Origin: a virus
Taxonomy: Duplodnaviria; Caudoviricetes
DNA length: 39,804 nt
Virus record (IMG/VR): IMGVR_UViG_3300031228_000016
Location: 1-39,804 of that record
Strand: one strand, 5' to 3'
The position numbers were made by a program, and so were the translations under genes. A model generated the notes under the pieces. The model was not told where the DNA came from and did not search any database. It saw only the letters and a program-made list of their open reading frames with translations. Shown here piece by piece: positions 7,509 through 15,182 of the stretch (its first letter is position 1; each line of letters starts with the position of its first letter).

Positions 7509-9613
7509 GCATCGAGACCACGCCCAGCAGCACACCCGACCCGGAGTGGGAGCGGCTCGTCGCCGGCTACGTCGGCGAGCCGAACAAGGCGCCCGCACCG
7601 CAGACCGTCGCCACCGCGCCGGACCCCATGGGTGATCGACCGCTGGTCCCCGAGTGGACGCGCACCGGTGACGGCTGGAAGGCCCGTGGCGCCGTCGGGC
7701 GTATCAACTCCACCCGCAGCTTCCGCCGCTGGGTGCGGCGGCAGACCACCGAGCACGGCCACACGGCCCAGACCTTCCGCGGTATGCGCCGCACCGTCCT
7801 GTGGGTGCAAGGCACCGAAGGCGTCCAGGTCGCCGTCGCCCGCCACGAAGTCCAGCAAGCGCAGCGCGACTACAAGACTGCCAAGTGGGCCCACGACAAG
7901 CGGCTCGTCCCCGGCAAGGAGAAGGACAAGCGTCGCCGGGAGATGGAGGGAGCATTCGCCGACTCGGTATCCGCCATGACCAAGTACAAGGCGGCACGCA
8001 AGGGCGCCCGCGCCAAGCGCGCCCTCCGCGGTGGCGCCGCTCTCGCCCCGATCGCCGCCGCTGAGGGAGCCGGCTTCTACCTGGCCGGCGGTACGGGCGG
8101 ACTGCTGGCCACCGGCTCGGCGCTCCTCGCCTTCGCGCTGCTCGGCCGCCGCACCGACGCGGGCGAGCTGTACACCGACCATGACGCCAAGATCGGCGAC
8201 GGGGACCGCATGACCGACGAGATGGTCAACCGCGCCTACCGGGACGCTAAGGTCATCTCCTCCGACGACGTGCTCAAGCTGCTCACACCGTGCACGCTGA
8301 CCGCCGACGGAACCGCATGGCAGGTCGAATTCGAGCTGCCGTCCGGCACTCCCGCAGCGAAGGCGCTCGGCGCGACAGCCGGCCTCGCGAACGCATTCGG
8401 CGTGTCCGTGCAGCAGATGTCCCAGGTGAGGGGAGAGCGGGAGGACCGCATCAAGCTGCGCGTGTCCCTGCGTATCCCCTTCTCGTCGAAGCCAGATCGT
8501 GGCCCGCTTCTCGACGTAGAGCGGGTGAACCTGTGGCGGCCGATCCCCATGGGCGTCAACCTGCGCGGGCAGCGAATCGACGTGTCGTGGGTGGAACGCT
8601 CCGGCCTGTTCGGCGGCGAACCAGGCTCCGGCAAGTCCGGCGCAGCGAACGACCTGCTGCTTGCCGCAGCCCTCGACCCGGCCGTCCGCATGTACCTCGC
8701 GGACGGCAAGGCCGGCGCGGACATCACCCCGTTCGAGCAGATCGCCGCCATGTACGACACCGACGGAGACCCCGATCGCCTGCTGGAGATCTTGCAGCAC
8801 ATTTGGAACGTGGAGATCCCGGAGCGGCGCGCCCTCGCGAAGGAGCACGGATCCCGCAAGCTCACGGAGGACATGGCGGCTGTCGACCCGCGCGTCTGCC
8901 TGGCCGTGCTCCTCGTCGACGAGTGGTCGTCCTACGGCGCGGCAGCGGAGCGGAAGACGCGAGAGGAGATGGAACGCCTGCTGCGGCTGATCGTGCAGCA
9001 GGGCCGCGCGCTTGGCATCATCACCCTCGCCGCCACGCAGAAGCCCGACTCCGATTCGGTGCCGACCGGGATCCGAGACATCCTGTCGATTCGGTGGGCG
9101 ATGCGCTGCATGACCCCCGAGGCGTCGGACACGATCCTCGGCAAGGGCTACGCGGCGAACGGCCACAACGCGCAGCGCATCCTGAAGTCGCAGCGCGGCG
9201 TGGGGATCTTCATGTCCGGTGAGGCTGCGGAGCCGGAGCTGTCCCGCTCGGACTACTACGACGATGACGAGGTAGCCCTGCTCCTTGAGCGGGCCTACGC
9301 GTTGCGGCAGGGGGCGGGCACGCTGCCTGTCGCGGTCGTGCCTGAGGTGACGATCCTCGATCATCTGGTCAAGGCCGCGTCGGCGACCGGGCGAGGCAAC
9401 GTGACTCGGGCGGAGGCTTTCGCCTACCTCGCCACGGTGGATGAAGAGTTCGTCCAGGCCGACGACGAGAGCGATCTGCGGTACGCGTCCCGGGCCGGAT
9501 CGGCCCTCAAGGACCGGCTTGCCGGACTCGACGTCGAGGTGCCGGCGGTTCAGTTCCCGCTCGAAGGCAAGCGCGTCTGGGGATGGACTGTGGAAGCCCT
9601 CCAGGGCGCCTGA
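7505..9613 (+). CDS. traB: TraB-type FtsK/SpoIIIE conjugal dsDNA translocase (702 aa)
   Basis: Likely start GTG 7505, overlapping the upstream stop. N-terminal hydrophobic anchor, Walker A GEPGSGKS, YLADGK, Walker B LLVDE, QQGRALGI...ATQKP, and a C-terminal small domain where the wHTH is expected. Sits in a kor/spd context. Confidence 0.88.
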   Translation: MSIETTPSSTPDPEWERLVAGYVGEPNKAPAPQTVATAPDPMGDRPLVPEWTRTGDGWKARGAVGRINSTRSFRRWVRRQTTEHGHTAQTFRGMRRTVLWVQGTEGVQVAVARHEVQQAQRDYKTAKWAHDKRLVPGKEKDKRRREMEGAFADSVSAMTKYKAARKGARAKRALRGGAALAPIAAAEGAGFYLAGGTGGLLATGSALLAFALLGRRTDAGELYTDHDAKIGDGDRMTDEMVNRAYRDAKVISSDDVLKLLTPCTLTADGTAWQVEFELPSGTPAAKALGATAGLANAFGVSVQQMSQVRGEREDRIKLRVSLRIPFSSKPDRGPLLDVERVNLWRPIPMGVNLRGQRIDVSWVERSGLFGGEPGSGKSGAANDLLLAAALDPAVRMYLADGKAGADITPFEQIAAMYDTDGDPDRLLEILQHIWNVEIPERRALAKEHGSRKLTEDMAAVDPRVCLAVLLVDEWSSYGAAAERKTREEMERLLRLIVQQGRALGIITLAATQKPDSDSVPTGIRDILSIRWAMRCMTPEASDTILGKGYAANGHNAQRILKSQRGVGIFMSGEAAEPELSRSDYYDDDEVALLLERAYALRQGAGTLPVAVVPEVTILDHLVKAASATGRGNVTRAEAFAYLATVDEEFVQADDESDLRYASRAGSALKDRLAGLDVEVPAVQFPLEGKRVWGWTVEALQGA

Positions 9614-9628
9614 TAGATCCTATTTGCT

Positions 9629-9791
9629 CCTGTGTGTCTGTTCGAATATGCCCATGTTTGCACCTGTGTGACCCCTGTGCGGACGACGCTTCACCCTGTG
9701 CACGCCACACAGGGGTACCGGCCCGCTGCACAGGGGGTCGCACACCCCGCGACCTGCAACTTCACCGCCCCGCACAGCCCCCGCACACCCC
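9629..9791. repeat. clt-like cluster of short repeats (putative TraB recognition sequences)
   Basis: CCTGTG(T/C) occurs on + at 9629, 9663, 9674 and 9695. Inverted copies are CACACAGGGG (9706-9715) and GCACAGGGGG (9728-9737), followed by degenerate GCACA(C/G)CCC copies. The cluster is non-coding and directly downstream of traB. Confidence 0.7.
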
Positions 9792-9809
9792 TACCGACCG
9801 GAGAATCCG

Positions 9810-10262
9810 ATGACCACCGAGACCAACCCCACCACCCCCGCCCTGACCGACGAAGCCGCCGCCCTCGAGGCCGAGCGCATCATCACCACCGCGTTCCGCG
9901 ACCCGACCCCCGTCCCCGCCGTCGGCACCACCCCGCCCGTGGCGCAGCCCGGCCGGCCCCCAATGAGCCAGGGTGCGACCGACGCCAGCGTCCTCATGCT
10001 GTCCGGGAGCGTCCTCACCGTCGCCGTCGGCGGCACCAGCTCGCTCGTCATGTACGCCTCCGGGTACGCCGACCCCGTCGTCTGCGCCATCGTCTTCGGC
10101 GCCCCCGCCGTCCTCGTCCTCGCGCTCAGTCGCCTCCTCGGCCGGGCGAAGAACGCCCTGCCCGCCGAGCATCACCACCACTACAACGGGCCCGTCACCC
10201 AGACCCACCAGACCGTGACCAACCAGAACCGGTGGCTCGGCAAGACCAGCAACAGACTGTGA
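9810..10262 (+). CDS. spdD: SpdD-like spread/transfer membrane protein
   Basis: Pro-rich N-terminus, RPPMSQGATDASVLML, two TM segments and an HHHHYNGPV...T-rich tail, matching the recalled SpdD pattern. GGAGA RBS. Confidence 0.72.
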   Translation: MTTETNPTTPALTDEAAALEAERIITTAFRDPTPVPAVGTTPPVAQPGRPPMSQGATDASVLMLSGSVLTVAVGGTSSLVMYASGYADPVVCAIVFGAPAVLVLALSRLLGRAKNALPAEHHHHYNGPVTQTHQTVTNQNRWLGKTSNRL

Positions 10263-10360
10263 CCGCCCCTGCCGACGCACTGGCCCGAAGCCCGCCCGGG
10301 CCGCGCCCAGCCCCCCGCCTAGACTGTCCCGGCCGCTGCCACGGAAGGAACCCACCAGAC

Positions 10361-10828
10361 ATGCGCCTCGACACATTCCACACCTTCGCCCTGTCCGCAC
10401 TCGCCCAAGCCCCCGACGTCCAATCCGTCGAGCCATGGGACCGCGGCGCCGAACACCTCCGCGGCCTGCACATCACGTTCAGCACCGGCGCACAGGTGTG
10501 GCTCGGCATCACCGCAGCAGCCGCGCCTGGCGACAAGTGGGAAGGGCCCGAGGTCCCCGTGGAAGGAGAGCCGCCCGCCGAAGTCGCATACCCGCAACTG
10601 TTCGACAACGGACAGATCACCCCGGCGCGGGCACAGGAATACCTCGCCGCCGCCCTCGCCAACAGCGGCGACAAACGAATCGAGAAGGCCTACGGCTACA
10701 GCAGCGAGGCAAAACACCCCGGATTCGGGGCCACCTTCCACGACGGCGCCAGGGCCTTCTGCCTCTTCCACCACACAGCCCGAGCCGGGCAGAGCATCGG
10801 CGGCCGGGAACTGCAGACCACCTTCTGA
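10361..10828 (+). CDS. 155-aa hypothetical protein (MRLDTFHTFAL…)
   Basis: GGAAGGA RBS before ATG 10361. The upstream part of the 9632 ORF call is clt and spdD sequence read out of frame. Confidence 0.75.
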   Translation: MRLDTFHTFALSALAQAPDVQSVEPWDRGAEHLRGLHITFSTGAQVWLGITAAAAPGDKWEGPEVPVEGEPPAEVAYPQLFDNGQITPARAQEYLAAALANSGDKRIEKAYGYSSEAKHPGFGATFHDGARAFCLFHHTARAGQSIGGRELQTTF

Positions 10829-10897
10829 TTCCCCGCCCCGACGCGGGGCGGCCCGCACCACCTCTATCAGGCACCACCCCGACCAGGAGGAACTGAT

Positions 10898-11050
10898 ATG
10901 TGCAACCGCTTCGACCCCGGCAGAATCGCCGGGAACTGCCCCGTCTGCGGAGCCGGCGTCGGCGCCCCGAAAGGCCAGCCCACCGCAATGCACCAGCGGA
11001 ACGGCACCGGCACCGAAACATGCCCCGGCAGCGGCCAGCCCGCCCTATAG
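10898..11050 (+). CDS. 50-aa putative zinc-binding microprotein (CPVC…H…CPGSG), not in the ORF track
   Basis: Perfect AGGAGG RBS at 10885-10890; MCNRFDPGRIAGNCPVCGAGVGAPKGQPTAMHQRNGTGTETCPGSGQPAL*. Confidence 0.75.
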   Translation: MCNRFDPGRIAGNCPVCGAGVGAPKGQPTAMHQRNGTGTETCPGSGQPAL

Positions 11051-11372
11051 CACCCCGAGCGCGACTCTACCCGCGGCCCTGGCCTTCACCGGCCGGGGCC
11101 GCAGCCCGTGCCAGCCACCGGTCCGTACCCGGCGACCTCGTCGGCGGAAGCGACGGCCGCAACCCCAACCGCGCACACAGCAACCCAAGCTGCCGCTCAC
11201 ACTCCGACCGCGAGGCGGCCTGAACGCTGAACACCGTAGGCATGAAAGCAGTCTGACGGAGCATCCAAGCCCCGCGCAGGGCAACAGTGCTGTCGGCGCC
11301 CGAACTGCTGGCGCTGGTGAATGAGATACGAGCCTCGGAAGGGCTGCCGCAGATCACCGATTAGGGATCTAC

Positions 11373-11468
11373 TTGCAAAACCCTGTGACCTGCTGTAACA
11401 CTAAGAGCTGGCGATAGCTTTATGCCTCAACAACCTCGCGAACCCCCGCTCATCCGGCGGGGGTTTCT
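11373..11468 (+). promoter_or_regulatory. Probable late-operon promoter followed by a leader hairpin
   Basis: AT-rich stretch with TTGCAA-17 nt-TAACAC (imperfect -10), then the hairpin AACCCCCGC-tcatccg-GCGGGGGTT-TCT at 11441-11468. Confidence 0.45.
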
Positions 11469-11486
11469 GCATGTCAGGGGGGTCTC

Positions 11487-11732
11487 ATGGCGCGCATTCA
11501 CGAGCTCTACCCTCGCGACCTCCTCGACAACAAGCAGGCCGCAGAGTACGCAGGCGTTGCCGAATCGACCATCAGGCAATGGAAGAGGCGCGGCCTCCTG
11601 CAGCCGGCCCTTGAGGGCGAAGGCAAGGGAGCCCCCACCCTCTACAACCGCCCGGACCTTGACGACGTAAAGCACCAGCTCGCCATTGCCGCAGCCGAGC
11701 GCGAAGCCGCCTGGGCAGCCCGCGCCGCCTGA
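11487..11732 (+). CDS. MerR/excisionase-like helix-turn-helix DNA-binding protein
   Basis: LLDNKQAAEYAGVAESTIRQWKRRGLL...LYNRPDL. Confidence 0.85.
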   Translation: MARIHELYPRDLLDNKQAAEYAGVAESTIRQWKRRGLLQPALEGEGKGAPTLYNRPDLDDVKHQLAIAAAEREAAWAARAA

Positions 11733-11840
11733 TCGTCCCGCCGCCATGCCAACCCCCCGTCACGGCGGCGGGACTCCCTTCTGTCACGGAACGCCTATTC
11801 CGCTTCACGGCAGGCCCGTCATGCGGCCACAATCGCGCGC

Positions 11841-12071
11841 ATGTCAGATATGGCGCCCAAGCAGCGCATCGCCACAACCACCAAGATCGGCATCGCCCTC
11901 ATCATCCTGATGATCTGGACCTTCGCGGCCGGCGACTGGGAAGACAAGGGCTGCACCAAGACCCAGGGATACGGGTTCGTCCTCAGCCACGGCGGCTGGC
12001 CCGACGAACACGAAGGCTGCGAAGACGGGTACGGCGACCACCCCCGCTACACCAGCAACTACCGCGGATGA
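11841..12071 (+). CDS. Small membrane or secreted protein
   Basis: One hydrophobic segment IGIALIILMIWTFAA followed by a polar tail with two Cys. Confidence 0.6.
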   Translation: MSDMAPKQRIATTTKIGIALIILMIWTFAAGDWEDKGCTKTQGYGFVLSHGGWPDEHEGCEDGYGDHPRYTSNYRG

Positions 12072-12092
12072 CCTGAAGGCAGGTGAGCGCCC

Positions 12093-12377
12093 GTGGCCGG
12101 CAACCCGCGCAACGGGCGCCGCTACCGCCGACTCTGCGAGCAGCAGCGGGCGCTCGGCCTGCCGTGCTGGGTGTGCGGCTGGGCCATCGACTACCAGCTC
12201 GTCGGCCAGGACGGGCAGCGGTCACCGTGGGCGTTCACCCTCGACCACCTCGTCCCACTCTCCAAGGGCGGCGACTTGCACGACCCAGCCAACGCCCGCA
12301 GCGCTCACAGGCGCTGCAACAGCGCGCGAGGCAACCGCATGACCGTCAAGGCAGCTGGCACGTCACGCAGGTGGTGA
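12093..12377 (+). CDS. Phage HNH endonuclease (packaging cofactor, HK97 gp74-like position)
   Basis: CWVC...LDHLVPLSKGG...NARSAHRRCNSARG; located upstream of terminase. Confidence 0.9.
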   Translation: MAGNPRNGRRYRRLCEQQRALGLPCWVCGWAIDYQLVGQDGQRSPWAFTLDHLVPLSKGGDLHDPANARSAHRRCNSARGNRMTVKAAGTSRRW

Positions 12378-12381
12378 GGCT

Positions 12382-12822
12382 GTGCTGTACGTCATCACGG
12401 GCCCGCCAGCCGCGGGCAAGAGCTCGTGGATCCACGCCCGGGCCAAGCCGACCGACGTCGTCATCGACCTCGACCGCATCGCCCTCGCACTCGCTGGCCC
12501 TGGCGCCCCACAATGGCAGCACGACGAGACACTCCTCAAGATTGCGCACCGTGCACGATTCGCAGCAGTCGACGAGGCGGTCAAGCATCGCGACAAGGTG
12601 GACGTCTACCTGATCCACACCATGCCCAGCCCCAAGGCGCTGGCCCGGTACCGCAGGCTGGATGCCAAGGTCGTCACCGTCGACCCCGGACGCGACATCG
12701 TCATGCAGCGCGTGAGAGACATGCGGCACGACGGCATGCAGGCAGTGGCCACCCGCTGGTACAACCAGCACGCCAAGCGTGGCGCACAGAGCGTCACGCG
12801 CCAGACGTCACGGTCGTGGTGA
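12382..12822 (+). CDS. Small P-loop NTPase (AAA_33/kinase-like)
   Basis: Walker A GPPAAGKS followed by VVIDLD. Confidence 0.85.
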   Translation: MLYVITGPPAAGKSSWIHARAKPTDVVIDLDRIALALAGPGAPQWQHDETLLKIAHRARFAAVDEAVKHRDKVDVYLIHTMPSPKALARYRRLDAKVVTVDPGRDIVMQRVRDMRHDGMQAVATRWYNQHAKRGAQSVTRQTSRSW

Positions 12823-12829
12823 CCATGAG

Positions 12830-13260
12830 TCATGTCACCCCTGGTGACTGCCTGCCGGTGACCGGCAGGGTGGGCACGGGCGCCACCCCCGCATGGGTGA
12901 CAGGCGAGCGCCGACGCCTAGCGTCGGCGACTCCCTCGGACAGCAGCGCTACGAGCCCCGCGAACATGCGGTCACAATCAGCGATTCGATCACGCAATGA
13001 GGAGCTGAACAGGTTTGATCGTGCGGCTGGCCGCCCAGGGAGGGGGGCCTCGGACCATCGTGGGATTCGGAGGACCGGGCGACCCAAAAGCCCTTCTCGC
13101 CCAAATTTTTGCGTGACCGATTTGAAAGATCAAAAACAAACGATCTTGAATTCCTGTTTTAGTGGGCCGTCACTCTCTGTGATGTAACGTTGTGTAACTC
13201 CCCACTAAAACGGAAGCGCGCAAGATCACGTTTTAGTGGCGACTCGATGAGCCATTCGAG
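12830..13260. other. Probable cos/packaging-initiation region
   Basis: Non-coding, partly AT-rich gap between HNH/ATPase and terS. Contains three copies of GTTTTAGTGG (13156+, 13202-, 13230+) and many GTCAC/GTGAC motifs. Confidence 0.6.
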
Positions 13261-13274
13261 CGGGGGTGATCGTC

Positions 13275-13523
13275 ATGGTCGCCGACCAGATCGAGGCCGA
13301 ACTCAACGATCTCAACGCCCACTCGACGACGCCCGGCCTCGCCGAGCTGGCGATCGAACTGGCCAAGGCGTTCGACGGTACGGACGCCCCGACCTCACGT
13401 GCCGTCGTCGCCCGAGAGCTGAACGCTCTGATGAAGACGGTGCGCGCGCTCGCGCCCGTGGGTGAGGAGGGGGACGCAGTCGATGACCTCGCAGATCGTC
13501 GAGCGAAGCGCCGCGGCGCTTGA
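13275..13523 (+). CDS. terS: Terminase small subunit (probable)
   Basis: Small helical protein overlapping terL, ending DAVDDLADRRAKRR; GGGGGTGA RBS. Confidence 0.75.
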   Translation: MVADQIEAELNDLNAHSTTPGLAELAIELAKAFDGTDAPTSRAVVARELNALMKTVRALAPVGEEGDAVDDLADRRAKRRGA

Positions 13524-15000
13524 CCGCGTCCCTGACGCCCGCGGGCACCAGCGGCCCCGCATCGTGACCTTCCCCGCCTTCACCTCGTCGTCGGGCCAGG
13601 AGGCGGTGGAGCTTGCTGCGGCCGCGGGGCTCATCCTGGACGACTGGCAGAAGTTCGTCCTGCACGTGGGCCTGGGTGAGCGCGACGACGGCTCATGGTC
13701 GGCGTTCGAGACGTGCGTCAACGTGCCACGTCAGAACGGCAAAGGCGGCGTGATCGAGGCGCGCGAGCTGGCCGGGCTCTTCCTGCTTGGCGAGCAGTTG
13801 ATCCTGCACAGCGCCCACGAGTTCAAGACGGCAAAGGAGGCTTTCCTCCGTATCGAGCGCCTGATCATGAACACGGACTCGCTGCGGAAGCGTGTACGCA
13901 ACGTGCGCCGCACGACGGGCGAGGAAGCCATCGAGATGGTGAACGGAGCCAGGCTGCGGTTCCTGGCCCGTTCGGGCGGCTCCGGCCGGGGCTTCACCGG
14001 CAATCTGAACATCCTCGACGAGGCGATGATCCTCGGCGACGATGCCATGGGCGCTCTCATGCCGACGATGGCCGCGGTGAAGAATCCGCAGATCTGGTAC
14101 CTGGGCAGCGCCGGCATCGGCGCTCCGTCGATGCAGCTAGGCAGGCTGCGGCAGCGGGCATTGGACGCCATGGAGTCGGGCGAGTCGGATCCTTCGCTGG
14201 CGTATATGGAGTGGTCGATTGCCCCGCACGTCACGGAGTGCAGTCAGGGCTGCAGTGAGCACGATGACCCGCGGTCGCCGCTGTCTGTGGCCCGGGCGAA
14301 TCCGGCGCTCGGATATCGCTTGTCGCTGGCTCACACGGAGCGGGAGCGCCTGTCCATGGGGGAAGCCATCTTCAATCGTGAGCGGCTGGGCGTGGGCGAG
14401 TACCCGTCCGACTACGCAGACACCTGGTCCGTCATCGGCGAGGACGCGTGGCGGGCGCTCGCCGACGGCGACAGCGGGGCGTCGGATCCGGTGGCGTTCG
14501 CCATCGACATGACGCCTGAGCGGTCGCACACGTCGATCTGCGTGGCCGGCCGGAGTGGCGAAGCGGTTCATGTCGAGGTGGTGGAGAACCGGCCCGGCAT
14601 GGACTGGGTGGTGGAGCGGGCCCGTGACCTGCATGAACGCTGGTCTCCGCGCTGCTGGGTGGTGGATGCCGGCGGCCCGGCCGGATCGCTGATTGCCGAC
14701 CTGGAGCGCGCCCTGGAGGTCGAGGTGGTGAAGCCGAAGGTGCGGCAGATCGCGCAGGCGTGCGGCTCCTTCTACGACGCGGTCGCCTCGGGCGACATCG
14801 TGCATCTGGATCAGGCACCTCTAGCGACGGCTCTGGCGGGGGCAAGGAAGCGTGATCTGGGTGAGGCGTGGGCGTGGGCCCGCCGGGGCGTGGGCGTGGA
14901 CATCAGCCCGCTGGTGGGTGTGACGCTCGCCCGGTGGGGCTTGTCGGCTGAAGTTGAGGAGCCGGAGGAGGAGGTCGAGCCGTGGGTCGCGTTCGGGTGA
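13483..15000 (+). CDS. terL: Terminase large subunit
   Basis: LDDWQ, Walker A VPRQNGKG, HSAHEFKTA, GRGF, Walker B ILDEA, ANPALG, nuclease AIDM...DISPLV. Confidence 0.95.
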   Translation: MTSQIVERSAAALDRVPDARGHQRPRIVTFPAFTSSSGQEAVELAAAAGLILDDWQKFVLHVGLGERDDGSWSAFETCVNVPRQNGKGGVIEARELAGLFLLGEQLILHSAHEFKTAKEAFLRIERLIMNTDSLRKRVRNVRRTTGEEAIEMVNGARLRFLARSGGSGRGFTGNLNILDEAMILGDDAMGALMPTMAAVKNPQIWYLGSAGIGAPSMQLGRLRQRALDAMESGESDPSLAYMEWSIAPHVTECSQGCSEHDDPRSPLSVARANPALGYRLSLAHTERERLSMGEAIFNRERLGVGEYPSDYADTWSVIGEDAWRALADGDSGASDPVAFAIDMTPERSHTSICVAGRSGEAVHVEVVENRPGMDWVVERARDLHERWSPRCWVVDAGGPAGSLIADLERALEVEVVKPKVRQIAQACGSFYDAVASGDIVHLDQAPLATALAGARKRDLGEAWAWARRGVGVDISPLVGVTLARWGLSAEVEEPEEEVEPWVAFG

Positions 15001-15182
15001 GCAGGGTGGCGGCTTCTCGTCTGGGAGTTCTGGCTGGAGGCGCGACCGCTTCTGTCGGCGTGGCGATGGCTGTGGGTTTGGCTGTGGGACTGGTGGCGGC
15101 CGGCGTCGTGTTCGCGGCCTGGTGCCTGTTCCTGGCCGATGTGGGCCCTGCTGAGGGCGGCGGGAAGGTGGGACGCCCGTGA
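14997..15182 (+). CDS. Small membrane protein between terminase and portal
   Basis: Two hydrophobic segments; GTGA overlaps at both ends. Confidence 0.7.
   Translation: MSRVAASRLGVLAGGATASVGVAMAVGLAVGLVAAGVVFAAWCLFLADVGPAEGGGKVGRP

Noticed and set aside
459-9364. Long minus-strand ORFs (459-1874, 4301-5632, 5622-7598, 6908-9364) and similar antisense or alternate-frame ORFs throughout, such as 17526-19253
   Set aside because: They are shadows of high-GC3 genes on the other strand or frame, with no motifs or RBS.
7505-9613. Chromosomal FtsK or type VII secretion EccC interpretation
   Set aside because: It has a single ATPase domain, no WXG100 or cell-division context, and lies among kor/spd/clt-like elements.
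9629-9791. CRISPR-like or iteron array
   Set aside because: The repeats are only 6-10 bp, irregularly spaced and in both orientations, with no cas or rep gene nearby. A clt fits better.
11287-11364. 25-aa ORF MLSAPELLALVNEIRASEGLPQITD
   Set aside because: Weak RBS, very short, and no supporting motif; possibly a gene remnant.
353-11370. Autonomous AICE inserted in the prophage
   Set aside because: No integrase, excisionase, RepSA/RepAM or prim-pol gene, and no flanking direct repeat found by eye. A decayed insertion cannot be fully excluded.
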